Source of the DNA: a virus
Virus record (IMG/VR): IMGVR_UViG_3300004222_000002
Location: 1 to 46,583 of that record
DNA length: 46,583 nucleotides
Reading direction: 5' to 3' (one strand)
In this document: one piece after another, positions 6,574 through 16,522 of the stretch
Layout of the letters: every line of letters starts with the position of its first letter
Numbering within the stretch: the first letter of the stretch is position 1
The notes under the pieces: generated by a model
Database searches by the model: none
The model's input: only the letters and a program-made list of their open reading frames with translations
What the model was told of the DNA's origin: nothing
Translations under genes and position numbers: made by a program

Positions 6574-7092
6574 TCAGGGGGCCAGCAGGCCCCGGTCGAC
6601 GTCGATCTGGGTGCGCAGCAGCACTACTTCATCGTCTCGACGTGCAAGATCCGCTCGGAGTCCTGCAACCACTGCTGCCCCGCTTGCAACGTGCTGAGCG
6701 AGGGCGCCGTATCGATCTGCAAGATCGCGGCCGGCAGCGGCGTTGGCCTGGGCTTGCGCCCGGGCAGTGGCTGCGCTGCGTTCGGCGGCGAGGCGCAGCC
6801 GCTCAACACGGTCGAGATCAGCGCGCACAACAGCGTCGCGCGCAGGGCGGGCCTGGGTGAATGCATCGGATGCCTCCTGGGTTCGTGTTGCGTGGGTGGA
6901 TTCGGATGTGGCGAGCTTTCGCTCCAAGGTCAGACTCGCGACGGCCTGGCCGGCCACTTGCTGCGCCTGGGCCGCGATCAGGTGCTGGCGAGCGAGCTGC
7001 TCGGTGTGGAGGCGCCAGGTCTGCAGGGCCAGCAGCACGGCAAGCACCAGGGCGCCGGCCTGCCAGGCCTTGGACTTGATGGCTTCGAGCAT
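6574..7092 (-). CDS. Rz: i-spanin (Rz-like)
   Basis: Starts at ATG 7092, directly after the endolysin stop. It has an N-terminal TM segment (AGALVLAVLLAL) followed by a long coiled-coil-like region, and it contains an embedded lipoprotein ORF in another frame. Confidence 0.7.
   Translation of the reverse strand: MLEAIKSKAWQAGALVLAVLLALQTWRLHTEQLARQHLIAAQAQQVAGQAVASLTLERKLATSESTHATRTQEASDAFTQARPARDAVVRADLDRVERLRLAAERSAATARAQAQANAAAGRDLADRYGALAQHVASGAAVVAGLRADLARRDDEVVLLRTQIDVDRGLLAP
6624..6866 (-). CDS. Rz1: o-spanin (Rz1-like) lipoprotein, nested in the Rz frame
   Basis: Signal peptide with lipobox (VLSGC) and a proline-rich mature part. It lies wholly inside the Rz gene in a different frame. 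Confidence 0.65.
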   Translation of the reverse strand: MHSPRPALRATLLCALISTVLSGCASPPNAAQPLPGRKPRPTPLPAAILQIDTAPSLSTLQAGQQWLQDSERILHVETMK

Positions 7093-7094
7093 GG

Positions 7095-8102
7095 CTACAC
7101 CCCCAGCCACGGCAAGTACTTCAGACGCCTGGACTGCAGCGGCACGGTGTTGCGCACGTGCTCGCGGTTGATGTCGTAGGCGCTTTGACCGTAGCCCTGC
7201 CACTTCTCGCGGCTCTTGACGCTGTGCAGCTCGACGTGGCCGAACCACTGGTCGGCGTCGCAGCCTGCCCGCAACGTGCACAGCTGGCGGTCCTGCTGGA
7301 GGTGGCTCCAGCCGCCGTTGTAGGCTGCGTCGCAGAAGGCCACGCGCACCAGTGCATCGAGATCTGGCGACAGCGCCTGCAGGCGTGCATCGCAGCCGCG
7401 CAGCTTGATGATGGCCGCGCGCACGCTCAGCTCGGGCCGCTCGTAGACGGATTGCCAGTCCAGATCCTCAAGCGCGGACGGCGCCATGCGCCGCACTTCG
7501 TCCAGGCTGTCGAAGCGCAGGGCGCCGGTCTTTGTCCAGGCCCGCGTAAGCTGGGCCAGGCCGGCGCCCTCTTCCCGTGAGGTCTTCAGGCGCGCGGTCG
7601 AGGACCAGCACATGGAGTGCGATAGCGATCGGCAGGACTCCTGCTCGAACAGCGCACCCAGGTAGCTGCGGCGGGGGATCTTGGGCCAATGGGCGTTGAT
7701 CTCGTCGACCACCATCGGCGCCATGGCCTCGGCGCGGGCCAGGCCGGCGGGCTGGCGCGCCGGCACCTCGCCCGCCTGGGCAAACTGCGTCATCGATGCC
7801 CAGACGATGGCCACGACCATGGCGCCACGCAGCACACACAGCGCCAGGAAGGCCAGGCCGGCGCCGATGGGGTGCTCGAGGGCCTTGATCCATGCATCGC
7901 GGCCGTGGGCATAGTCGGCCATGGCCTTGGACGCACTCAGCGCCACGGCCACGGCCACAGCGGTCCACGACAGCCACAGCAGACGCACCACGGGCTCGCG
8001 CCAGCCGTTGGGGCCGAGGGAGTTGATGACGATCACAGCCAGGGGAAGGGCCAGCACGGCCCACCACCGCCAACGCTTGAGGGGATTCACAGGGGACTCC
8101 AT
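7095..8102 (-). CDS. Lytic transglycosylase (SLT-type) endolysin with a multi-TM N-terminal domain
   Basis: ATG 8102 (MESPVNPLKRW...). About three hydrophobic segments are followed by EQES...GLAQLT...AYNGG, the order of SLT catalytic motifs. The upstream part of ORF 7095..8342 crosses a terminator and is rejected. Confidence 0.7.
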   Translation of the reverse strand: MESPVNPLKRWRWWAVLALPLAVIVINSLGPNGWREPVVRLLWLSWTAVAVAVALSASKAMADYAHGRDAWIKALEHPIGAGLAFLALCVLRGAMVVAIVWASMTQFAQAGEVPARQPAGLARAEAMAPMVVDEINAHWPKIPRRSYLGALFEQESCRSLSHSMCWSSTARLKTSREEGAGLAQLTRAWTKTGALRFDSLDEVRRMAPSALEDLDWQSVYERPELSVRAAIIKLRGCDARLQALSPDLDALVRVAFCDAAYNGGWSHLQQDRQLCTLRAGCDADQWFGHVELHSVKSREKWQGYGQSAYDINREHVRNTVPLQSRRLKYLPWLGV

Positions 8103-8116
8103 TTCTTCATGGACAC

Positions 8117-8149
8117 AAAAAAGCCCGCCGGTGTTGCCACCCGGCGGGC
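8117..8149 (-). terminator. Rho-independent terminator at the end of the tail operon
   Basis: GCCCGCCGG-N9-CCGGCGGGC, followed on the minus strand by TTTTTT. Confidence 0.7.
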
Positions 8150-8169
8150 GCTGAAAAGCGGGTGCGGAT

Positions 8170-8400
8170 CTAGACGTCGATACGGGTGTAGACGAGGTCC
8201 GGGGCCGGCCCGGTAACTGCACCGTCTCGCACGAATACGGGCGTGCCGGCCTCGATCGCCAGAGGGTTGTTGACGATGGATGTGCCACCGCCGGGAAACT
8301 CCACGCGGGCCGTGGCACCGATGCGTGCCACCAGGGTGGCATAGAGGACTGGTGGCTCGGTTTGCAGCCGCTGCAGGCGGCGGAAGAGATTGATGATCAT
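8170..8400 (-). CDS. Small tail-associated hypothetical protein (76 aa)
   Basis: ATG 8400 overlaps the upstream stop (ATGA). Last gene of the tail block. Confidence 0.5.
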   Translation of the reverse strand: MIINLFRRLQRLQTEPPVLYATLVARIGATARVEFPGGGTSIVNNPLAIEAGTPVFVRDGAVTGPAPDLVYTRIDV

Positions 8401-10292
8401 GCGATGGACCTTTCGACATCGAGGGCCTGACGGATGGACGGCGCGTCGACCGAAACAGTGATGCCTCGCACCAGCCCCCGCCACGTCTCCTCAGGCTCCT
8501 GCACCTCGATCAGGTAGCCAGGCAGGATCAGCCCAGGCCGGGTGCCGCCTGTGAGCAGAGGCACCGTGATGGGCTGCTGGTGCGTGATCGCCGACGCGGC
8601 CAGCACGGATTGCCCTCGCATCCGGGCCGCGACTACCTCAGTGATCAGCGCATCCGTGATCTGTGGGGCGAGCCGGTCGCCCGCAGAGCCTGCACGCGTG
8701 ACATGGCCCAATGGGCGCCCCGGCGCCGTGCCTGCGATGTAGACGGCATTGAAGTGGGCCGCCTGGGCCGGCTGCAGGCTGTCGGCGGTGATGATCTGCC
8801 CAGGCATGACAACGTCTGCAGGCGCGCCGGCCCAGGCCCACGGAAGATGGGGAAAACGGGGTGCGATCTGCAGCCGGGGCTCCGACCTGTGGCTGCGCAC
8901 CACGGCGCCGGCAGCCTCTGCGATCCGCTGGGCCACCGACAACGGCGTGCCGCTGTGGCTCCACACGTTCTCTGGCACCAGCCAGTCGTCGATCTGCCAA
9001 TCCAGGCCGATGCCCGTGAGGTCGAGCGCATCGAGCACCAGCTGCTGGGCAGTGCGCGGCACGGCGCTGGTCCAGTCCGTATCCGCAAACGCAGGCGCGG
9101 ACAGCAGCGAGGTGATGCTGCGGCCGGTGAGCTGAACAGCATGCTCGCCAAACTTGCGCGTGCGCGATGGTGGGTCGACCAGAAACACCCACTGTATGCC
9201 ATCGATGGTGACGCGGATCTGCTGCGGCACGCCCTGCCGTGGCGCCAGTTGGTCCAGCAGCGAAAGCTTGCCCGAGGCCGTCATGGTCCAGCCGTACTCG
9301 TCGTCGTTCGTGGTGATGCTGATGGTTTGCAGCGGCACGCGCTCCAAGTTGGGCAGCAGCACCGCATCAATGGTGTGGACAGTCATGTAGACCCTCAATA
9401 GCGGAATGACATAGCGCGGCGGCTCGGGGTTGACGCCGCCCTTGCAGCAGAAAAAGACCAGCTCGGTGCTGGCGGTCGAGGCCTGCGAGAACACCAACTC
9501 CACGGCGCCCCCAGGCGGCGGCACATAGCACGGCGGTGGTTTGGGGGGATCGACCGGCCGGCCCGGGGTGATGCCCGGCGGCGGCACCATGGCGTCCTGA
9601 TACCGCGCACCGCCCATGACCACGGCCAGCTGCAGGGCGTCGCCCATGCTGCTGGTGTGCCAGGCACACCGCTGCAGACCGTCGACGAAGGCCTGCACGG
9701 TGGCGCGGCGCACGCGGATGGCTTCTTGGAATCGCTGCAGCACAGCCGCCTGGGAGGCCAGGGCGTTGTCCATGCCCTGGCGCGTGACCAGGTGGACGCG
9801 GATGGCTTCCTGCCAGGCCTGGGCGGTTATGCCAGCCACGGCCAGGGCGTTGCCTATGCCCTGGCGCGTGTCCAGGCGCAGGCGCTGTGAGTCCTGCCAG
9901 CGGTGCACGGTGGCCGCGCCGGCAGCCATGGCCTGCCCGCCACCGATGCGCGTGGTGCTGCTGGCCACGGCCGACTGCTGGTAGACCGACACGAGGGCGC
10001 CACGCGCAGCTGCGGCCTCTTGGAAGGCAGACAACGTGCCGCCCACGGCCGGCCGGTCGGTGCGCGTCTGGTAGACAGCGCCGAGGGCGACCCGCGCGCC
10101 AGGCAGCCGGATGGCAGTGGCAGCTGTCTTGCGCCGCAGGGCACGGATGCCCACGCGGGCGCCTGGCAGGCGGATGGCCGCCCGCGCGACCGCGTCCTGC
10201 CCCGAGCCCGAATCGTCCTCATTGCCGAACACCAGCTCGTTGGGCGAACCACCGGCCAGCGGGCGACGGAAGATCAGCTCGATGATCGCCAT
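8397..10292 (-). CDS. Putative tail fiber/host-recognition protein (631 aa) with internal repeats
   Basis: Position at the distal end of the tail module. Internal repeats are present (AIRLPGARV twice, QEAIRV twice), plus a proline-rich linker. Confidence 0.5.
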   Translation of the reverse strand: MAIIELIFRRPLAGGSPNELVFGNEDDSGSGQDAVARAAIRLPGARVGIRALRRKTAATAIRLPGARVALGAVYQTRTDRPAVGGTLSAFQEAAAARGALVSVYQQSAVASSTTRIGGGQAMAAGAATVHRWQDSQRLRLDTRQGIGNALAVAGITAQAWQEAIRVHLVTRQGMDNALASQAAVLQRFQEAIRVRRATVQAFVDGLQRCAWHTSSMGDALQLAVVMGGARYQDAMVPPPGITPGRPVDPPKPPPCYVPPPGGAVELVFSQASTASTELVFFCCKGGVNPEPPRYVIPLLRVYMTVHTIDAVLLPNLERVPLQTISITTNDDEYGWTMTASGKLSLLDQLAPRQGVPQQIRVTIDGIQWVFLVDPPSRTRKFGEHAVQLTGRSITSLLSAPAFADTDWTSAVPRTAQQLVLDALDLTGIGLDWQIDDWLVPENVWSHSGTPLSVAQRIAEAAGAVVRSHRSEPRLQIAPRFPHLPWAWAGAPADVVMPGQIITADSLQPAQAAHFNAVYIAGTAPGRPLGHVTRAGSAGDRLAPQITDALITEVVAARMRGQSVLAASAITHQQPITVPLLTGGTRPGLILPGYLIEVQEPEETWRGLVRGITVSVDAPSIRQALDVERSIA

Positions 10293-10295
10293 GGG

Positions 10296-10715
10296 CTACT
10301 CGATGTAGCTGGTCGGGGCCAGCGTGAGGTAGCCGCCCGCGTACAGCTGGGTGCTGTCCGGGATCTGGATCTGGCCGTCACCGCCCTCAGCCGACACATC
10401 CACGTCCATCACCAGCGCGCCCGCCGCCGACACGATGCGGCCCCAGGTCGCAATGCCGGACTCGAGGATCATGGCGCCTGCTGCATCGCGGGCCAGCAGC
10501 CGCAGCCGGCCGCCCACGATCTCGCCGCAGGGCCTGGCCAGCGGCAGCTCCACCAGCATGGGCAGGGCCGAGGCCTCTCCGAAGGCGGGCCGCTCGGCGT
10601 CTGCGAAGAACCGAACGCAGGCCGTGCCCGAGCCCACGTCCAGCAGCAGGTCGCGCAGCCCCTGCAGGCGGGCCTCGTTCGCAGGCATGGTGATTTCAAC
10701 GCCGCGCAGGGTCAT
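10296..10715 (-). CDS. Tail-module hypothetical protein (139 aa)
   Basis: ATGA overlap with the upstream gene. High GC3. Confidence 0.5.
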   Translation of the reverse strand: MTLRGVEITMPANEARLQGLRDLLLDVGSGTACVRFFADAERPAFGEASALPMLVELPLARPCGEIVGGRLRLLARDAAGAMILESGIATWGRIVSAAGALVMDVDVSAEGGDGQIQIPDSTQLYAGGYLTLAPTSYIE

Positions 10716-11113
10716 GGCATGGCCTCCGGTGTGACGCGGTCGGCCACCACGGCGCGGAAGTCTCCCTCGTGGTCGTAACTCAGGACCGTGTATGCGGTGG
10801 TGCTGTCGATGCGCGGGAAGTCATACTCGCCCTGGGTGTTGCTCCAGGCCTCGCGGATCAGCATGCCGTCGCGATCACGGTACAGACGCACGCGGCGCGA
10901 GACAGGCACCTTGGGGCTGTTCTTGTCCTCTTGCTCAACGGTGCGGCCGCGCACGCGCCCCAGGCCGTTGCCGCCCAGGACATAGTCCAGTTGCCCGGCC
11001 GTTCGGACCCGCAGCGGCCTGGCGATGTTGGCATAGATGTCCCGGCCACCAACGCCGACCGCGGCGGTCAGTCCCAACACGCTGACGGGGTACGTGACTT
11101 GCGCCATGGCCAT
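10712..11113 (-). CDS. Tail-module hypothetical protein (133 aa)
   Basis: ATG 11113 overlaps the upstream stop (TGATG). High GC3. Confidence 0.5.
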   Translation of the reverse strand: MAMAQVTYPVSVLGLTAAVGVGGRDIYANIARPLRVRTAGQLDYVLGGNGLGRVRGRTVEQEDKNSPKVPVSRRVRLYRDRDGMLIREAWSNTQGEYDFPRIDSTTAYTVLSYDHEGDFRAVVADRVTPEAMP

Positions 11114-12297
11114 CACCGCCACGGGCCTGTGATGTCGACGAACCCGTAGCCAGCGGGCACCGTCGCGGACGACGACTGCGGCAATGCCAACAAGCGCCTG
11201 CCTGTACCCTCTTCAAGCAAATAGGAGTCGCGCTCGAAGTAAGGAGCGGTATTTGCTTGAGGCACATATCGGAAGCCGGGTATCAACGCACGAGGAACAT
11301 CCGACGAGATCGGCTTGTTGTCCACGTACATGCGTGTGAGCTTGAGTTCGCCGTCTACGTCACTGGGAAAATTTCCCAAAAACGAATCGCTCCCTGAAGT
11401 TCCCGAACCTATGAAACTGGCATAGCGCGGATTAACCGCACCGCCCAGGGCCGTCAATGCCCTCGGCAAATACAACCTGGTCGCATTGGTGGTTTGCTCA
11501 AGCCCACCGAGGTTTGGAGTTCCGTAGCCATCGGAGAGAATCGGTGCCCCCATCAACATAGTGGCGAATGCGTCGCCCGCCCGGCGTAGCGCCAGCAAAT
11601 CGCCAAAGGCGCGACTGCCGCCTGCGGTGTTTGTCGCCCCAGTCGCCGAGCCCGGGGCAACGTTCTCGAGGAAAAAGCGCGTGTCACCGACCAGGCACCA
11701 CCGCACCGCCGCCGCGCTTGCAACTGTGCTTTTGCCCCAATACAGACCCACAGCCTGCTGGGCGGCAGTAGGAAACGGCCCTTGCCCCACATCGATGGCC
11801 GACATGCTCTCGTAGCCGCGCATGGCGGTCGTGCGAGTGTCTCGGTCATCCACATAGAGGTACATGCCGTAGCTTTGCGGATCAGTGGACCGATACACAG
11901 CCTGGTTGGTCCCAGAGAACGGCTTGGCCCAGCCCAGCGGCGCGTACTTGAAAGTGATGCCCGCGCCGGTGTCCACGCTGTCAGGCGCAGCAGTGCGAAA
12001 CCGGAAAAGGCCACTGGCAGACTCGGACACCCGCTGCTCGCCGTTGAGCAGGGCCTGCGCGGCGCCATCAATCAGCAGCACGCTGTCGGGTGGAGGCGGG
12101 AGAGACGCGCCCGCTGTGAATTCCACTGTGGCCACGCCGGCCACCACGGTGATGCGCGTGGCTGCGCGCAGGCCGAAGCCCGTGACCAGGCAGGCGTCGA
12201 GCACGGCGAGCTTGCTGCCGACCTGGCCGGCCTGCACGGGCGCCCCATACATGGTTGAGAGAAAGTGCTTGACGCTGGTATCGACAAGGGATGCCAT
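11113..12297 (-). CDS. Tail-module hypothetical protein (394 aa)
   Basis: ATG 12297 (MASLVDTSVKHF...) has a GGAGA Shine-Dalgarno upstream. The ORF-track extension to 12459 is Arg-rich junk that overlaps the previous gene. Confidence 0.55.
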   Translation of the reverse strand: MASLVDTSVKHFLSTMYGAPVQAGQVGSKLAVLDACLVTGFGLRAATRITVVAGVATVEFTAGASLPPPPDSVLLIDGAAQALLNGEQRVSESASGLFRFRTAAPDSVDTGAGITFKYAPLGWAKPFSGTNQAVYRSTDPQSYGMYLYVDDRDTRTTAMRGYESMSAIDVGQGPFPTAAQQAVGLYWGKSTVASAAAVRWCLVGDTRFFLENVAPGSATGATNTAGGSRAFGDLLALRRAGDAFATMLMGAPILSDGYGTPNLGGLEQTTNATRLYLPRALTALGGAVNPRYASFIGSGTSGSDSFLGNFPSDVDGELKLTRMYVDNKPISSDVPRALIPGFRYVPQANTAPYFERDSYLLEEGTGRRLLALPQSSSATVPAGYGFVDITGPWR

Positions 12298-12314
12298 GGG
12301 TGATCTCCAAAAAA

Positions 12315-14219
12315 TCAGGGTCGGTCGACGCTGCCGCGCACAAGGTGCTCGAACTGGTAGTCGTCGGCCACGGCCTCGCTGGGCTGCACGGTGCGGATCA
12401 GGGCATGGGGGGCGATGCCGCCCTCGGTGTTGATGCGCAGCACGTTGCCCGCGCTCCACCCCTGGCCCCAGCCGAGGGCGCGGATGGTGATGTAGGGCAC
12501 GCCGCTGATCGGGTTGATGGGCGCGAAATCGACGTTGGTGGAACCAGTGCCCAGATTGCCCACGTGCTCGCCGATGAATTCAAAGGTCGTGGCGCTCAAG
12601 AAACGGCACATCCAGCGCTCGGGCAGCGCGCCGGCATTTGTGACGACCAGGGGCGCGATGGTGTCGTTGTAGCTGGCCAAGGCCTCGGGGCCGTCGACCG
12701 TGTCCTGCCACCTGCTCTGCCAAGTGGCCTGGTCAAACATCAGGCTGACGCGGGCGCGCAGCGTTCCTGCCATCAGCGCACTGGAGACCACGCTGCCCAC
12801 GGGAAACTCGTGGCTCAGCTGCTTGGTGATCGCCAGCATGCCGTTGATCTGCACATCGCTGACGCGCGCCATCTCCTCGATGCGGTGCTGGAAGGTCACG
12901 GGCTGGGCCCAGCCCGAGATGTCGCTGACCGTGATCTTGCCGGCCTCCAGATCCACGCTCCAGCCATGCTGGATGCGCTGGCCATCGGCGCCGATGACAT
13001 AGGCCCGTGACAGCCGCACGCGGCCACAATTGATGACCTGGCCGTTGGTTACGGTGACGGGGCCGACCGTCCCGGTGTGGCCGATCACGATGTAGCTGCC
13101 CACGCGGTAGATGGGCACGCGACCATCGGGCGGCAGCCGCACGGGGTCCAGGCCGATCACGTCCGCGTCCAGCGGCAAATAGAAGTAGCTGACGCTGTTG
13201 TAGCGCAGCGTGGTCGGGTCCACGGGCCAGGGGCGCCAGATGCGGTTCGGCTGCACGGCACCGATATCATCGGCCGAGTACCACCATTCGGTCTTCTGGG
13301 CAGGGGTCAGCGAGGTGTCCAACACATAGTCGCCAAACTGCAGCTCGACCACGCCGCTCTGGTAGTCGATCTTGCCGCGCAGGTGCGTGCCCGAGATAAC
13401 GCCGTCGATGCCAGCCGAAGCCGTGATCTGCTCGCCAGTGGCATCGGAGAGGTTCATCACGAAGCCGCTGGGCTTGATGGGCGCGGCGGCCGTGCGCATG
13501 AAGATGCTGGCCGTGGTCCAGTTCTGGCGCACGGTCCACAGGCTCTCGACCACCAGGTCGGTGGCCGGGCCATCGACCACATAGTCGAAGATCCGCGCCA
13601 CACCGCTAGAGTAGTCCAGCGCGCCGGCCACGAAGCCCAGCGCCGTGGACGTGCGGTCGCGCACAAGCACGCCGTCGTAGTCCTCGTAGACATGACCCAT
13701 CCACCGAAACCGCACGCTGCCCGGCACGATGTAGTCGGTGGTGTAGGGACACAGGTCCAGCACCACCGGCTCGGGCGTGAAATTCATTGTGTGGTGCTGG
13801 GCACTGGCGAAGTCCTCGGCATAGGTCACCGTTACGGTGCTCGCCGCCAGCAGTTCTTCGCTGACCGAGGTATCGCTGCGATCACCGCCCTTGGAGACCG
13901 TCGAAAAGCTCGGGTCACTACCGCCGCCGCCCATCGTGGTCTCTTCAAAACTCTGGGCGTTTTCGTAGTCGCTGTTGTAGCCCTCGGTCTTGCTGTCCAG
14001 TTGGACGAACTTGATGTTGAGGAACTTGCCCGCGTAGTTGATGGTGCCGTCCGGGCCGAACGTGCCCTGGCCGTCATCGGTCAACAGGTGGCGCACGGTG
14101 TCCTGCGTCTTGCTTGTCTGATAGCTGGACCGGCTGTGCGTCGAAGACGAGCTTGTCGATGTCCTTGTTGTCTGCATGACAACGCCGCCCGATATGCGGC
14201 CCACTGATACTCCGTCCAT
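12315..14219 (-). CDS. Large tail/distal-tail structural protein (634 aa)
   Basis: Position downstream of the tape measure. AAGGGGG Shine-Dalgarno upstream. High GC3. Confidence 0.55.
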   Translation of the reverse strand: MDGVSVGRISGGVVMQTTRTSTSSSSTHSRSSYQTSKTQDTVRHLLTDDGQGTFGPDGTINYAGKFLNIKFVQLDSKTEGYNSDYENAQSFEETTMGGGGSDPSFSTVSKGGDRSDTSVSEELLAASTVTVTYAEDFASAQHHTMNFTPEPVVLDLCPYTTDYIVPGSVRFRWMGHVYEDYDGVLVRDRTSTALGFVAGALDYSSGVARIFDYVVDGPATDLVVESLWTVRQNWTTASIFMRTAAAPIKPSGFVMNLSDATGEQITASAGIDGVISGTHLRGKIDYQSGVVELQFGDYVLDTSLTPAQKTEWWYSADDIGAVQPNRIWRPWPVDPTTLRYNSVSYFYLPLDADVIGLDPVRLPPDGRVPIYRVGSYIVIGHTGTVGPVTVTNGQVINCGRVRLSRAYVIGADGQRIQHGWSVDLEAGKITVSDISGWAQPVTFQHRIEEMARVSDVQINGMLAITKQLSHEFPVGSVVSSALMAGTLRARVSLMFDQATWQSRWQDTVDGPEALASYNDTIAPLVVTNAGALPERWMCRFLSATTFEFIGEHVGNLGTGSTNVDFAPINPISGVPYITIRALGWGQGWSAGNVLRINTEGGIAPHALIRTVQPSEAVADDYQFEHLVRGSVDRP

Positions 14220-14239
14220 GTTTCTGCCCCCTTGATTGT

Positions 14240-16102
14240 TCAGGCGCCCCAGCGCCGATACTCCACACCGCCGATCGACTTGACGCCCGCCGTGTACTCG
14301 GCATCGGTCCAGACCACGCCATCGACGTCAGGCGGCACGTAGTGATTGCCTTCGGGCGAGCTGGTGGCGCCGACCTCGATGTAGACGGCCCCGCCGCTGG
14401 CGCGCGCCCCGCCCTGAGCCATGTACTTGCCCGTGGTCGAGCCATCGGAAAGCGGCACGCGCGAGGTGATGACGGGCGCAGGCGCCGGGGGAACCTGGGG
14501 CAGGTAGCTGAATTTGCCGCTGCCGCCGTTTTTGGAGACCGAGGTGCCACCGGATGAGGCGCCGGAGCTGGCCGAGAGATTGCGCACGGTGATCCATCCC
14601 ACGGACACGGTGCCGGGCGCAGGGATGGTGTCCAGGGTGATCGCGCCGTAGCCGCCTGCGTCGAGGTTGACTAGGACGTTTTTGTTGATGACCACCGCGT
14701 AGTCGTACTCGATCAAGAACTGCCCGCCCGCATCGATCATGAACTGAGGGCGCAGCAGCAGCGCGGCCGAGGCGTAGTTGATTTCGCCTGTTGCATCGCC
14801 CTGTAGCGCACCCTGGCCGTTGCCTGTGGCTGTGCGCACGACGCCGCCAGAGGGCCATTTGATGACCAGCGAGCCCGGCTTGATGCCCTGGTGCGGCAGG
14901 CGCATGGCGTGCTCGGGCAGCCGCCAGCCCGTGGCACTGGAGCGGTTCACGAAGGCCGAGGCCTCACCCCACTGGAAGATGATGGAGCTGCCCACGTCTG
15001 GCAGTGCGGGCAGCGTCACGGACACCGAGCCGTTCGCATAGTTGACGGTGCCCACGGCCGATCCCGTCAGCTCCCCCTGGCCGTTGTCGGATGCGGTGTA
15101 CCAGACGCCCATCACCTGGAACGAGACCACCAGCGTGTTTGGCGCCGGGAACGGCTTGAGGATAGCCACCCAGCTGAAACTGCGGTTTTCCTGGCCTACT
15201 TTGATACGGCGCGTGTGCGGCGCATTGGGCACGCGGATCTCGCGAGGCGAGGTGGCGAGCACCAGTTGCCGCACGCCGGCCGGGCGTTGGTCCAGCGCCG
15301 CAGTCTCGGTGCGGGAGTTGGGCACCAGCTGGGTGTAGATGCTGGCCACCCGCAGCATGCTCTCGCCCAACTGCGCCGCTGCCGTCAGAGGCTGAGCGCC
15401 GTAGAAGCTGGCCGCATCTGCGACGGTGGTGTCCCGGATGCGGGTCTTGGATGGGTCCGCCGCATAGCTACGGTTGGGTGGCGACCCCGGGAAGGCGCTG
15501 CGCAGCCGGGGGGTGATCTCGCACGTGGTGACGCTGGCGGTGTAGTCCGTGTAGCCGCCGCCGCTGGAATAGGAAAACTGCAGGGTCTCGGTTTCGGCGC
15601 GCAGCACACGCACATACTGCAGCACCTGGCTGGCCTGCCCTTCGTTGTAGACGAGGATCAGTGTGCGGCCGATGGTCGGCGCTGGCGTGCCGGGCCGGTG
15701 GAAGATCATGATCGAGCCCTGCCCCTGGACGTGATTCTCGAGCAGGTAGCCGCCCCACTCCGTGCCCGGTATCAGGTAGGCCGCAATAGCGGCAGCAATC
15801 TCTGTACGGCGCGCGAATACGCCGCAGGGCGCGATGGTGATGGACACATTCGGATCGTTGGGCACGGCCGAGACAATGATGTTGGTGTCCATCAGCGGCT
15901 CGGTGGTGGGCGTTTGCACGGCCGCGTGCACCTGTCGGATGGACACGTCGCCGCCGGCCCGGTCCACTTCTGTGATGTCCTCGAAGACGCCATTGCTCTT
16001 GCCCCAGGGGATGACGTTGCCCGTGGGGCCGCCGCCGCCGTTGGCGTCATCGGTCATCACCTTGGATTCGAGTAGGCGGATGTCGCCGTCTTTGATGGTC
16101 AT
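14240..16102 (-). CDS. Large tail/distal-tail structural protein (620 aa)
   Basis: ATGA-coupled to the upstream gene. Position downstream of the tape measure. Confidence 0.55.
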   Translation of the reverse strand: MTIKDGDIRLLESKVMTDDANGGGGPTGNVIPWGKSNGVFEDITEVDRAGGDVSIRQVHAAVQTPTTEPLMDTNIIVSAVPNDPNVSITIAPCGVFARRTEIAAAIAAYLIPGTEWGGYLLENHVQGQGSIMIFHRPGTPAPTIGRTLILVYNEGQASQVLQYVRVLRAETETLQFSYSSGGGYTDYTASVTTCEITPRLRSAFPGSPPNRSYAADPSKTRIRDTTVADAASFYGAQPLTAAAQLGESMLRVASIYTQLVPNSRTETAALDQRPAGVRQLVLATSPREIRVPNAPHTRRIKVGQENRSFSWVAILKPFPAPNTLVVSFQVMGVWYTASDNGQGELTGSAVGTVNYANGSVSVTLPALPDVGSSIIFQWGEASAFVNRSSATGWRLPEHAMRLPHQGIKPGSLVIKWPSGGVVRTATGNGQGALQGDATGEINYASAALLLRPQFMIDAGGQFLIEYDYAVVINKNVLVNLDAGGYGAITLDTIPAPGTVSVGWITVRNLSASSGASSGGTSVSKNGGSGKFSYLPQVPPAPAPVITSRVPLSDGSTTGKYMAQGGARASGGAVYIEVGATSSPEGNHYVPPDVDGVVWTDAEYTAGVKSIGGVEYRRWGA

Positions 16103-16518
16103 AGGGTTTCGCTCGCCTCAATAAAGCGCAGCACCAGGCTGCAGTAGTAGTCGCTGTCTTCGGGGTCGCTGTACTCGATGACCGACTGCATCGCGATGGC
16201 CCGCGTCTCCTCGGCGTCGCCATGGTCGAAGACGACCTCGAATTCCTCGGCCAGGATGCGCAGCGTCATGCGCAGCCCGGGAATGCCGGACCAGGCCTTG
16301 AGCGTGCGCAGCGTCGCTCGCGAGATCCACGCGCTATCGCCGTCGCCCTGCAGCGTGATCGGCTGGCCCCCGTTGCGGGCCATGGCATCGATGACCAGCG
16401 TGCCGAAGATGCCGCGCTCGGTCTTCTGGGAGACCTTCGACCAGGTCAGCTCATCCACCCAGATCAGGTCACGCGGCAGCTCCAGCACCTGGGCGCCGTT
16501 GGACAAATAAATGCTCAT
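16099..16518 (-). CDS. Minor tail protein (139 aa)
   Basis: Lies immediately downstream of the tape measure gene. High GC3. Confidence 0.5.
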   Translation of the reverse strand: MSIYLSNGAQVLELPRDLIWVDELTWSKVSQKTERGIFGTLVIDAMARNGGQPITLQGDGDSAWISRATLRTLKAWSGIPGLRMTLRILAEEFEVVFDHGDAEETRAIAMQSVIEYSDPEDSDYYCSLVLRFIEASETL

Positions 16519-16522
16519 GAGG

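Noticed and set aside
5544-6860. 438-aa plus-strand ORF spanning the Dam and Rz region.
   Set aside because: It is antisense to two genes with clear motifs (DPPY methyltransferase, spanin pair). Its product is Arg/Gly/Ala/Pro-rich with no motif. This is the typical shadow ORF of a high-GC genome, with the GC-rich codon position in the wrong place.
7095-8342. Full 415-aa version of the endolysin ORF and overlapping ORFs 8087..8419 and 7468..8073.
   Set aside because: The upstream 80 codons run through the tail-operon terminator and are Pro/Arg/Ser-rich. ATG 8102 follows the terminator and begins the hydrophobic domain.
8397-10292. Possible diversity-generating retroelement or retron associated with the repeat-containing tail fiber gene.
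   Set aside because: No reverse transcriptase ORF or template/variable repeat pair is visible anywhere in the window. The repeats are short intragenic duplications.
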